A stretch of DNA of 63,909 nt, counting the filler, from an uncultured bacterium (GTDB lineage: Bacteria > Auribacterota > CAZIXI01), in assembly GCA_964543115.1 (NCBI GenBank). It is 3 parts of 3 records of this genome, joined end to end, with 100 filler letters (N's around TTAATTAATTAA, not from the genome) between each part and the next. Parts side by side here need not be neighbours in the genome. Positions count along the whole stretch, not along the records: positions 27,282 to 54,216 come from CAZIXI010000012.1; 2 more parts are not named here. The stretch is one strand, 5' to 3'. The notes under the pieces were generated by a model. That model saw nothing but the letters and a program-made list of their open reading frames with translations, had not been told where the DNA came from and made no database searches. Shown here in pieces: positions 34,226 through 42,976 of this stretch; position 1 is the first letter of the stretch; each line of letters begins with the position of its first letter. The position numbers and the translations under genes were made by a program.

Positions 34226-34291
34226 AACCACAGAGCACACGGAGTTCACAGAGAAAAAAATCCTTATAAATTCTCCGTGTACTCCGTGGTT
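34226..34291. repeat. Palindromic element built from 9-nt units between convergent genes
   Basis: AACCACAGAG CACACGGAG TTCACAGAG...TTCTCCGTG TACTCCGTG GTT. Confidence 0.8.
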
Positions 34292-34322
34292 AAAACAGCT
34301 ACTCACGTAAATTTACAGTATC

Positions 34323-35237
34323 CTAACCGCGGAAATATTCTACCGTGCGGCGCAGGCCCTCTGGTAACGAAGTCCTGGCCTGCCAGCCGATTTCTTCTTC
34401 TGCCCGCAAACAATTTAGGTAGATCCCCTGCAACTCACCCTGACGCAAAGGTTTTTCCTGCGGGACGGCCTTTGTTCCGGTAAGTTCCTGAATAATCTGA
34501 AATATTTCCCGCACCGACGTGCCTACACCGGTACCGAGATTATAAATTCCCCGGCTGCCTTTAGTCAGGGCCAATTCGTTCGCCCTCACAATATCGTCAA
34601 CATACACATAATCACGCACTGGTGTTCCCTGACCATAGAGAATACATTCTCTATCCGCCAGGGTATTGCGGGCAAAAATGGCGCAGACTCCCGCCTCGCC
34701 TTTGGCGTTCTGCCGCGGGCCATACACATTGGCATAACGAAGAATTGTATAATCCAGTTCTGTATAGCATCCACTGGCAAACAGGTACCGCTCCACTGAC
34801 AATTTGGCCACACCATACGGTGAAACCGGCTGCCAGGGATGATCTTCCCCCACCGGCATTGCCTGTGGTTCCCCATAAATTGCTCCGCCGCTGGAAGCAA
34901 AAATAATTTTCTTTACTCCCAGCTTCAGGCAATTCTCAATTATCCGTAAAGATCCAATAATATTTACCCGGGCATCATCTACCGGCTCAGTAACCGATTT
35001 ACGAATATCCATTTGGGCGGCATGATGATTGACAATTTCCGGCCGTTCCTGCTGAAAAATATCCTTTAGGCCGGAATCACAAATATCCAGTTGATAGAAC
35101 TTGGCCCGGGAATTAATAAATTCCCGGCAACCGGTACTGAGGTCGTCTACCACAACCACTTGATGCCCCAAAGAAATATAATGATCCACCAGCTGTGAAC
35201 CAATAAATCCCGCCCCTCCCGTAACAAGAATCTTCAT
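34323..35237 (-). CDS. NAD-dependent epimerase/dehydratase (UDP-glucose 4-epimerase-like)
   Basis: TGGAGFIGS, HHAAQ, ASSGGAIYG, SPYGVAK (YxxxK), RYANVYGPRQ, RDYVYVDD. Confidence 0.92.
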   Translation of the reverse strand: MKILVTGGAGFIGSQLVDHYISLGHQVVVVDDLSTGCREFINSRAKFYQLDICDSGLKDIFQQERPEIVNHHAAQMDIRKSVTEPVDDARVNIIGSLRIIENCLKLGVKKIIFASSGGAIYGEPQAMPVGEDHPWQPVSPYGVAKLSVERYLFASGCYTELDYTILRYANVYGPRQNAKGEAGVCAIFARNTLADRECILYGQGTPVRDYVYVDDIVRANELALTKGSRGIYNLGTGVGTSVREIFQIIQELTGTKAVPQEKPLRQGELQGIYLNCLRAEEEIGWQARTSLPEGLRRTVEYFRG

Positions 35238-35266
35238 CTATGCACTCCTTCAATATTATGGTGAAT

Positions 35267-36880
35267 CTATTTTCCTAATAAATCAAAAATCTTCAACAAA
35301 TACCCATGAATATGCTCCAGCACCGTCACTGCCTCCAAATGCAGTGAGGATGTTTCCCTGGTCTCCGGAAAGCCCCGGTGCAGACGCTCAATATGCGCCA
35401 GGTGGCTGTCCCTGAATAAAGCATCTATTTTATCGCGCAAGACAGCAATATTCTGCCCCTCATCCTTATCGCCCAAAACAACTGCCAGCATCCGCATCTC
35501 CACCATTAATTGTTTATGCATAGTCAATAATTCATTAAGCCCTTCGATGGAGAAATTTGCCCCTTGGGAAATTTTATTCTTAAATATCCTCAATAAATCC
35601 CAGCTGACGGCATTATTGATTTTTTGCACATTATGCGCAATCCCTAATAATCTGAGCTCTTCCTGAGCCCAGTCTGCCGGCATCTGCGAACGCGGCAATT
35701 TAGTTAAATAGCGGGAAAACGCCTCTTGCCGGAGATTGTTTTTTTTTGCTTTAATCTCTATATTAATTAATTGCCGGAAACTGTCTTTTTCCCACATTTC
35801 CATTGCCCGATTAAACAGCTGCTGAACTTGATCGGCCAGAGAGCTTAATTCCTTACGGGCCGCCGCCACAATCTGCTCCGGGGAAGTAATGACAGAAGAA
35901 GAAAGATACCGCAATATTTTCTTTTCCGGCTCTTTCTCCGGAATCAACCGCAAAAGAACTGCAGTAATTATTCTGGTTAAGGGAAGGAATAGCATTACAC
36001 CAAAAAGAGTAAATATTGTATGGGCATTTGCCAGAAGACGCCCACTGGAAACACTGTCTTTAATAAACACACTCGTCGCCACGCCGGTCAAGGCCGCCCA
36101 AGGAACCAATAAAGGCAAAAAAATCACAGCACTAAAGAAACGGTAACCAAAATTGGCCCAGGCCAGTTGTTTAGCCGCTCGACTCCTGTTACTTTTCCAA
36201 CTGGCGACAAGCGGCAGGATACTCGCGCCCAAATGGGAACCCAGAATAACAGGCAGCACATTCACCAGCGGCAATCCACCATCCTGCACCAGCGTAATTC
36301 CAACAGCTAAGGGAACCAGTGTACTCTGGCAGATAAGCGTTATAAAGAAAGAAGCAATAAGGCTTACCGCGGGGCGCGAACACACTGAGTGCAAAAAAGA
36401 AGCCCCGGCAGTTGTTTCTTTAAAAATAGATATTCCCTGCCCCATCAGGGAAATACCATAAAACATTAATCCTAAACCAAACAATAATTTGCCTTCAGCG
36501 CTCCACTTGGCCCCGTAAACACGAGACAAGATAAAACCAACGGCTACCAACAATAATCCATAATTGGCAACCCGAAAAGCGATAACCTGCACCATGATGG
36601 TGCTGCCGATACTGGCGCCCAATAGCATGCCTACCGCTTGCGGTAACCGCAACAGTCCGGCATTAACAATACTTACCAGAGTAGTAACCGCCGCGGTACT
36701 GGATTGGGTGCCGATAGCAAAAAGACTGCCTAATAACAGAGCGGCAAATTTATGGCTGGTCAATAACTGGAATAGACGCTGAAGTCGGAAGCGGCTGGTT
36801 TTCTGCAGTGCCCGTTCCAATAGCTGCTGCCCATACAGAAAAAAAACCAAGCCGCCAATAAAACAGGTTAGTATATACAT
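35267..36880 (-). CDS. Na+/Pi cotransporter family protein with PhoU-like C-terminal domain
   Basis: QSSTAAVT, GASIGSTI, GSHLGASI, ANAHTIF repeats followed by a helical C-domain. Confidence 0.88.
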   Translation of the reverse strand: MYILTCFIGGLVFFLYGQQLLERALQKTSRFRLQRLFQLLTSHKFAALLLGSLFAIGTQSSTAAVTTLVSIVNAGLLRLPQAVGMLLGASIGSTIMVQVIAFRVANYGLLLVAVGFILSRVYGAKWSAEGKLLFGLGLMFYGISLMGQGISIFKETTAGASFLHSVCSRPAVSLIASFFITLICQSTLVPLAVGITLVQDGGLPLVNVLPVILGSHLGASILPLVASWKSNRSRAAKQLAWANFGYRFFSAVIFLPLLVPWAALTGVATSVFIKDSVSSGRLLANAHTIFTLFGVMLFLPLTRIITAVLLRLIPEKEPEKKILRYLSSSVITSPEQIVAAARKELSSLADQVQQLFNRAMEMWEKDSFRQLINIEIKAKKNNLRQEAFSRYLTKLPRSQMPADWAQEELRLLGIAHNVQKINNAVSWDLLRIFKNKISQGANFSIEGLNELLTMHKQLMVEMRMLAVVLGDKDEGQNIAVLRDKIDALFRDSHLAHIERLHRGFPETRETSSLHLEAVTVLEHIHGYLLKIFDLLGK

Positions 36881-36920
36881 TTTTGTAGTGGTGCCTGCGG
36901 CACCGCAAAGTTTTTACTTA

Positions 36921-36949
36921 TTGACATTTCTTACAGTGTTACGTATAAT
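36921..36949 (+). promoter_or_regulatory. Consensus sigma70 promoter of the type IV pilus operon
   Basis: TTGACA (36921-36926), 17 nt, TATAAT (36944-36949). Confidence 0.85.
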
Positions 36950-36985
36950 TGCAAATTAACTATATCATTAACTATATTATATATT

Positions 36986-37408
36986 ATGAATTTCCATTCT
37001 ACAAGCGCTTTTAGTCTGCTGGAAATAGTCGTAGCCATCATTATCCTGGGGCTGGTGATTACCGGCATTTTCGGCCTGTTCACCAGTGCTCACGAACTTA
37101 TTGGCAACGCCGGCCAGCGCCTGCAGGCCACTAATTACGCCAGAACTGTGCTGGAACAACTAAGGTTATATGTCAGCGCCTCTTCCACCAGTCCCACAAA
37201 TGCCGGGACCGGTCCCGGCTGTGCACTAGAGGTTCTACCTACACAGCCACACGACTTTGATGAAATAGGATTAACTCTCCCCCCGATAACGTTAAGCGAT
37301 GGAACAGTATTAGAGGGCAACTATAGCGTTGTTGATCTATCCACGGAACCGCAGATAAACACCACCGGCCGGGGAGTAGAGGTAATTATCAGGTATTCTA
37401 AGCCATGA
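36986..37408 (+). CDS. Minor pilin (PilV-like) with prepilin N-terminal motif
   Basis: SAFSLLEIVVAIIILGLVITGIF is a class III signal-like N-terminus. Confidence 0.8.
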   Translation: MNFHSTSAFSLLEIVVAIIILGLVITGIFGLFTSAHELIGNAGQRLQATNYARTVLEQLRLYVSASSTSPTNAGTGPGCALEVLPTQPHDFDEIGLTLPPITLSDGTVLEGNYSVVDLSTEPQINTTGRGVEVIIRYSKP

Positions 37409-37950
37409 AAATAAACCACGGAGTAACCCTGTTAGAAATTGTCATCGCCCTGGCTATCCTGGCGATCTTCGCCCTGAGCGTGAGTGGAATTTATCTCAGC
37501 GGCTGGCGGTTGTTCCGTGACGCCCAGTACCGGGCAGAGGCCCAGGCCGCCGCCCAGGCCGCCATGGCCTATATGGTAAAAAACCTGCAAAATACCGCCA
37601 ATATTTTCTGGGTGGAAAACATTACGGGACAACAATACGCGCTTTACGCGCAAAACTATACGGAAGGTAGTCCGGAATTCGGGCAATTACCACCCAATAT
37701 CCAGCGCTACCACTGGGACGGCAATAATCTAATCTATACCAATTATACCGGATGGGCCTCCCAGGATACGGCGATTATCGGCAAATACATTACCGAATTT
37801 GCTCCCGTCACAACCCATGAAAGCACGGTTGTGGAAATAAACATTACGGCCGAAGACAGCCGGGGAGAAAATCCGTTTGAATTATTTTCCCGAATTCATG
37901 CGCGCGGCACCGCCGCCCCATCGGTATACGAATCACAAACAGGTCCGTAA
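37405..37950 (+). CDS. Minor pilin (PilW/GspJ-like)
   Basis: HGVTLLEIVIALAILAIFAL; ATGA overlap with the upstream gene. Confidence 0.8.
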   Translation: MKINHGVTLLEIVIALAILAIFALSVSGIYLSGWRLFRDAQYRAEAQAAAQAAMAYMVKNLQNTANIFWVENITGQQYALYAQNYTEGSPEFGQLPPNIQRYHWDGNNLIYTNYTGWASQDTAIIGKYITEFAPVTTHESTVVEINITAEDSRGENPFELFSRIHARGTAAPSVYESQTGP

Positions 37951-38008
37951 ACAACCGACTGTTTCGTTTAGGTTGTTATTTCTATTTCATTTTGAGTATA
38001 AATAAGAT

Positions 38009-38353
38009 ATGATAAGAAAAAGAAAAGAAAATGCCGGGGCTTTATTGTTCGCTATCGTTACCGCGTTCGTACTTTCGCTGGTAGGCACAACTATGGTGCT
38101 CCTGGCCAGCAATCAATACCGTTACGTTAACAATGAGACCGAACGGATTAAATGCTATTATATGCTCCTGGCCGGGGCGGAATACGCGATTTATTACTCT
38201 TATACTTTTCCCAATGATATTCCCAGGCCTCCTTTTACGTTTCAAATCTGGCCCGGAGATCCTGCGACAGAAGTGCAGATAGAAATAGCAGCAGACGCCA
38301 GCGGAACGAGTGAATACACAATTGAGGTCATTAAAGCATATGGAAATCCCTGA
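38009..38353 (+). CDS. Minor pilin (PilX/GspK-like, no Glu5)
   Basis: NAGALLFAIVTAFVLSLVG..AGAEYA; third gene of the minor pilin triad. Confidence 0.65.
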   Translation: MIRKRKENAGALLFAIVTAFVLSLVGTTMVLLASNQYRYVNNETERIKCYYMLLAGAEYAIYYSYTFPNDIPRPPFTFQIWPGDPATEVQIEIAADASGTSEYTIEVIKAYGNP

Positions 38354-39872
38354 TCTACTGAAAAAATTAAAACTCTCCGCTTCTGCCCGGCCGAAGAAGT
38401 CCGCGGTCAGCATCTACATCGGCCCGAACACCGTTGAAATCGCTCAATTAAACAGCAGCGGGAAAAAAATCAGTGTGGTCAAATCATTTCAGCAAGAAAT
38501 CTCACAGGGACAGGCTCCAGGGGAAAACCCAAAAACAAAAATCGCCGAAGCCATCAAAGAAATATTCCTCACCCAGGGGATAAAGGATGAGACGGTCACC
38601 ACCACTGTTCCGGAACAATCAATTATGCTGCGCCGCTTCACCATGCCCCTGGTGCCGGCCCAAGACCGCGAGGCTGCCGTTCTTTTTGAGGCCAAACGTC
38701 ATATCCCTTTTAACATCAACGAAGTCAGTTACGCCTTTCATATTATCAGAGAAGACCGCCGCCAGACCAATATGGAAGTACTCTTTGTAGCCGCCAAAAG
38801 GGAGGAGGCCATAAAAATAATCAGTATCCTGGAGGCGGCTGGCCTCACGGTAGAACGAATTGAACCTATCTCCCTGGCCTTGATTAAGAGTCTCACTCTG
38901 GGAAATAATCTGGCAAGCGATTGCCCGCCTACTGCCGTTTTATATTTCTCCACCGCCACCCGGGCCCATATCCTCATCGTCGAACATAGTATTCCCTATC
39001 TAAAGAGGGAGTTTTCCCTGCTGAGCCGGGACGAAAACATAGAGGAAAGAATCACCACGGAACTGCGGCTCTCCGCCAACTATTACAAACGGGAATTCCC
39101 GGAAAAGAACATCAATAAATTAATCATTGCCGGACTAAAGGAAGCACCGTCCTGGCAGGAAAAACTCCAGCGCAATTTCAGTATCCCGGTAGAACAGGCC
39201 CGGCCCCTGCAGGCACTTACCGGTGTAGACCTGCCCGCCCCGCAACTGGAAGTCGCCCTGGGACTCGCCAGTCAGCGGCTCTCCCGGCCGCTGGTAGACA
39301 TTAATCTTCTCCCCAGGGAAATGGTGCCGGTTAAATATAATATCCAGAAAATAGCTTCAGTGGAAATAGCCATCGCCACCGGCATACTCGTTCTTGTCTG
39401 GCTCTTCCAGTTACCCGGGACAATCAGCATGCGGCGAAAAACCGGCGCCGCCCAGGAAGCACTCAACAAATATCCGCAGCTAGAAATCTCGGGAAAAACA
39501 ACTGCCCAGTTAAAGGAATTAAAGGAACAATGGCAAAAAAAAGATGCTATGGTTGGCAGACTTACCAGCAAGCGGATAAACTGGTATAAAAAACTTTCCC
39601 GCCTGGAAGAAACTATTCCCCGGGAATCATGGATAAGCGAGTTGAAGCTTTCCGCCCCCCCAGATATTAAGGGAAAAAGGAAACTGACATTTAAAGGCTA
39701 TACCTACTCTGAGAACCAGGCACAAGAATTGGAAATAAACAATAATTTTTTTAAAAAAATAAAGAAGGACGCCACCCTAATGAGCGGCTTTACCCAGACC
39801 TCCCTGGGCACTATGCATAAAACAACTGTGGCCAACCATGAGGTGGTTGATTTTAGCATTACCCTGGAGTAA
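38340..39872 (+). CDS. PilM-PilN fusion protein
   Basis: Actin-like PilM region (RRFTMP, AKRHIPF, VLFVAAK, ERIEP..LAL), then the PilN hallmark DINLLP, a TM and a PilN periplasmic domain (IPRESWISEL). Start likely ATG 38340. Confidence 0.8.
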   Translation: MEIPDLLKKLKLSASARPKKSAVSIYIGPNTVEIAQLNSSGKKISVVKSFQQEISQGQAPGENPKTKIAEAIKEIFLTQGIKDETVTTTVPEQSIMLRRFTMPLVPAQDREAAVLFEAKRHIPFNINEVSYAFHIIREDRRQTNMEVLFVAAKREEAIKIISILEAAGLTVERIEPISLALIKSLTLGNNLASDCPPTAVLYFSTATRAHILIVEHSIPYLKREFSLLSRDENIEERITTELRLSANYYKREFPEKNINKLIIAGLKEAPSWQEKLQRNFSIPVEQARPLQALTGVDLPAPQLEVALGLASQRLSRPLVDINLLPREMVPVKYNIQKIASVEIAIATGILVLVWLFQLPGTISMRRKTGAAQEALNKYPQLEISGKTTAQLKELKEQWQKKDAMVGRLTSKRINWYKKLSRLEETIPRESWISELKLSAPPDIKGKRKLTFKGYTYSENQAQELEINNNFFKKIKKDATLMSGFTQTSLGTMHKTTVANHEVVDFSITLE

Positions 39873-39886
39873 AGAAGAAGGAAACT

Positions 39887-40429
39887 ATGACGGCACAAAA
39901 AATAAACCTGCAGGATCCATTAGTTAAGATTATCGGTCTTACTCTGGCAATCATAATCGCCACATTTTTCTGCGCAAACAGATTTGTCATTAAGCCCCAG
40001 CGCAGAAAAAGGGCCACGACTGAGGAGAAACTAGCACAACTTAAACTGGCCGGCGACATTGCCAAGCTCAAACAGCAAGTCACTGCCCGTGAAAAAGATC
40101 TTTCTCCACAAAAGGAACCAAGCTGGCTGCTCACCGAAATTACCCGCTTAAGCCAGCAGGCAAGGATTAACGTTTCCTCCATTCAGCCCTTACCCAAAAA
40201 GAAAATAGATCCTTATACCTATATTTCGTTTAAGGTAGAAACCAACTGTACATACAAGCAGCTTCTGGAATTTATTCAATTTACAGAAGCCAACAGATAC
40301 CTTATACTAATAGAAAATATCGAGCTCAAGGCCCCGCAAAGTTATAAATTAGAATTTACTGAAAACGAACTGGCCCAAAAACAGCCAATCAGACTCACTG
40401 TAACAATGGTTGTCGGGACAGTATATTAA
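39887..40429 (+). CDS. pilO: PilO/GspM-like alignment protein
   Basis: TM, coiled coil, PSWLLTEITRL..INVSSIQP, CTYKQLLEFI..ILIENIEL. Confidence 0.8.
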   Translation: MTAQKINLQDPLVKIIGLTLAIIIATFFCANRFVIKPQRRKRATTEEKLAQLKLAGDIAKLKQQVTAREKDLSPQKEPSWLLTEITRLSQQARINVSSIQPLPKKKIDPYTYISFKVETNCTYKQLLEFIQFTEANRYLILIENIELKAPQSYKLEFTENELAQKQPIRLTVTMVVGTVY

Positions 40430-40451
40430 TCACCCGCTGTTTATTACTTTT

Positions 40452-41063
40452 ATGCGTAAACACTTAATCGAGTTTATATTGGCAATCGTGTTAATTCCGA
40501 TTCTAGGTTATATCGGCTGGCAGGCCTATAATACCTATATCAAGAAACCGGAACTAAACATGCCTGAATTAACTAACACAAAACAAATCGAACAAGAACC
40601 GGCTAAGACCGGCGCTAAAGAAAAAGTGGGAAGCACTAAAGAAGCCGTACTTATAAAAAAGACTGACAGCTCCCCGACAAAAAAGGATATTAATCTCGCC
40701 AGCCAAAAAAACGAAGACAGGCGTAATCCCTTCAAGCATTCACTCCCGATCAAGATAAAAAAGATACAAGCAGAAAAAGCACCGGTTAAAAAAATAGAAG
40801 AAAAGAAACCTGGAGAATCATTGCTGGCTAAACTGCCGAAAAAAGAAAAAAAAGAACTTGTTTTACCCACCTTCACCGTCAGCGGTATTGTCTGGGGCGA
40901 GTACCGTCCCCGGGCCATTATTGATAACCAGGTCTACATGATAGGCGATATGGTCAACGGCGCTAAGATCCTGGACATAACAGAAAAGGGCGTAGAAATG
41001 TTCTATCAAGAAGAAGGTCAACATAAAAAATATTGGGTGACTATAACCAAAACAGGGGAATAA
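40452..41063 (+). CDS. PilP/GspC-like protein
   Basis: N-terminal TM, RRNPF motif, Lys-rich linker, C-terminal VSGIVWG..RAIID...GD.VNGAKILDI beta domain. Lies between pilO and the secretin. Confidence 0.65.
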   Translation: MRKHLIEFILAIVLIPILGYIGWQAYNTYIKKPELNMPELTNTKQIEQEPAKTGAKEKVGSTKEAVLIKKTDSSPTKKDINLASQKNEDRRNPFKHSLPIKIKKIQAEKAPVKKIEEKKPGESLLAKLPKKEKKELVLPTFTVSGIVWGEYRPRAIIDNQVYMIGDMVNGAKILDITEKGVEMFYQEEGQHKKYWVTITKTGE

Positions 41064-41067
41064 CCAA

Positions 41068-42954
41068 ATGAAAAGATATCTATTCTTAATTTGTGCCACC
41101 GTCATTCTTGGAACATTAATCTATCTCTCCTCTATTTACCTGGTGGAGGCGGAATTATCCCTGCAGCAATTGGCACAAAAGAAAGAAACCCTGGAGAACC
41201 AGTTCCCGTTTGAAATTGATGTAGTTGAAGAAGAAGTAACCGCGGCGCCTCCCCTGCCGGTGAAACCGGCAAAAAGCAAACCCCTGCCTGAAAAAACCAT
41301 TAAACCGGAAGTCCCCAGCGGGGCCATCCGAATTATCCCCCAACCGAAAAAAAAGGAAGAACAAAAATCAGCAGGACCGATCTTGATTTCCATGGACTTC
41401 GAAAACGCCAAGCTTAAAGACGCGCTCAAGGTCTTCTGTCAGCAGTCAGGCCTTAACTTCGTCGCCGGAGACAATGTTAAACTTAAACCCATTACCCTTT
41501 ACCTCAATAATGTTACGGTCAGTGATGCCCTGGACGCAATCATTACGGCCAACGGCCTTGTCTATGAACGCGCCGAGGGAAGCGATATTTTTATCGTCAA
41601 GGAATCCGGAGAACCGGAAATTAACCTGGAAACCAGAATTTTTAAATTACAATATGCTTTTGCCGAAGACAGAACGTTTATGCAGATAGAGGGAGAATGC
41701 CCAAAAGAAATAAAGGGAATTAAGGAAATTATCACAAAATTACTCACTCCCCACGGCAACCTGACTATTGACGAACGCACCAACAGCCTGATTATTACCG
41801 ATATTCCCAGCCGGTTTGAACTTATTGCTAAATCCATTGCCGATCTGGACATGCTGCTTCCGCAAATTGTTATTGAGGCCAAGATTGTGGAATTAACCAC
41901 CACTGATATAGATCAATTAGGAATAAGATGGAATTCCCTGGCCGGCTATACAATCGGTGTATACAGTCCCACTCGCACCTATACATCCACGCGTCAGGGC
42001 GGGCAAAACAAAACTGATCAGTATTCTATTACTACTAATGATGAAAATACCGACAAAAAAGAATGGCAATGGGACGGCAACCGTTATAATCTCACCCAAA
42101 ATGACGATGACACAGAAATCGTGGATATTGATTCGGTTATTAATCAACGGGCCATGACCGATATCTATACCCGCCTGCTGAGCAAGGTGGACCTGCGTTC
42201 GGCAATTCTTTCAGCCGATAATTTTGAAGTTACCCTCAGCCTGCTGTTAACCGACAGAAATGTGGATATTATCTCCTGCCCCAATATCGTTACTGAACAC
42301 GCCAAAGAAGCAAAGATCATTATCGGCCAGGAGTACCCGATTCCCAAATTCAATTTCAATGAAGATACGGCCAGCTGGGAAATCGATGGCTTTGAATATA
42401 AGGATATCGGGGTACTGCTCCGGGTTATTCCCTACGCCTCCACCAAAGAAAACAACATAACCCTGGAAGTGCGCCCGGAAATAAGCAGTGTAAGCGACTT
42501 CCTCCAATTTGGCAGCGCCTTCCTGCCCATTATTGCTACCAGAAAGGCCATCACCAAAGTAGCGATTAAACACGGGGAGACCCTGGCCATCGGCGGCCTG
42601 CTGCAGAATAGAGACAATACCCAGATAGTCAAGATTCCCGTGCTCGGCGATATTCCTATTCTCGGCCGCCTTTTTAAACATAAAGAATCCACCAAAGTGA
42701 AAACGAATACGATTATCTTTGTCACCCCGCGGATCCTGGAAAACAGATCTGCCACCGCTGCCCCCAGAACTGAAGTCAGCATCCCCAAAGCAATGCCCGT
42801 ACCGGTACCCCCGGTTCCCACCGCACCGGCTACACCGGCAAAACAGGCAAAACAAATAAAGATACCGCCACCACCTCCGCCGGAACAGACAACAACTACT
42901 ACTACTACCACTACTAAACCTAAAACCGATAAATATAACTTTTCGCACAGATAA
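41068..42954 (+). CDS. pilQ: Outer-membrane secretin (PilQ/GspD family)
   Basis: ISMDFENAKLKDAL, DERTNSLII.D, QIVIEAKIVE, YKDIGVLLRVIP, TLAIGGLL, IPVLGDIPILGRLFK, TIIFVTPRI; Pro/Thr-rich tail. Confidence 0.92.
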   Translation: MKRYLFLICATVILGTLIYLSSIYLVEAELSLQQLAQKKETLENQFPFEIDVVEEEVTAAPPLPVKPAKSKPLPEKTIKPEVPSGAIRIIPQPKKKEEQKSAGPILISMDFENAKLKDALKVFCQQSGLNFVAGDNVKLKPITLYLNNVTVSDALDAIITANGLVYERAEGSDIFIVKESGEPEINLETRIFKLQYAFAEDRTFMQIEGECPKEIKGIKEIITKLLTPHGNLTIDERTNSLIITDIPSRFELIAKSIADLDMLLPQIVIEAKIVELTTTDIDQLGIRWNSLAGYTIGVYSPTRTYTSTRQGGQNKTDQYSITTNDENTDKKEWQWDGNRYNLTQNDDDTEIVDIDSVINQRAMTDIYTRLLSKVDLRSAILSADNFEVTLSLLLTDRNVDIISCPNIVTEHAKEAKIIIGQEYPIPKFNFNEDTASWEIDGFEYKDIGVLLRVIPYASTKENNITLEVRPEISSVSDFLQFGSAFLPIIATRKAITKVAIKHGETLAIGGLLQNRDNTQIVKIPVLGDIPILGRLFKHKESTKVKTNTIIFVTPRILENRSATAAPRTEVSIPKAMPVPVPPVPTAPATPAKQAKQIKIPPPPPPEQTTTTTTTTTKPKTDKYNFSHR

Positions 42955-42976
42955 AAAATAGACCAGAGGTAAAATT

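Noticed and set aside
42889..42915. ACT/ACA trinucleotide tract as a phase-variation switch
   Set aside because: A triplet unit cannot shift the frame; it only encodes a poly-Thr tail of the secretin.
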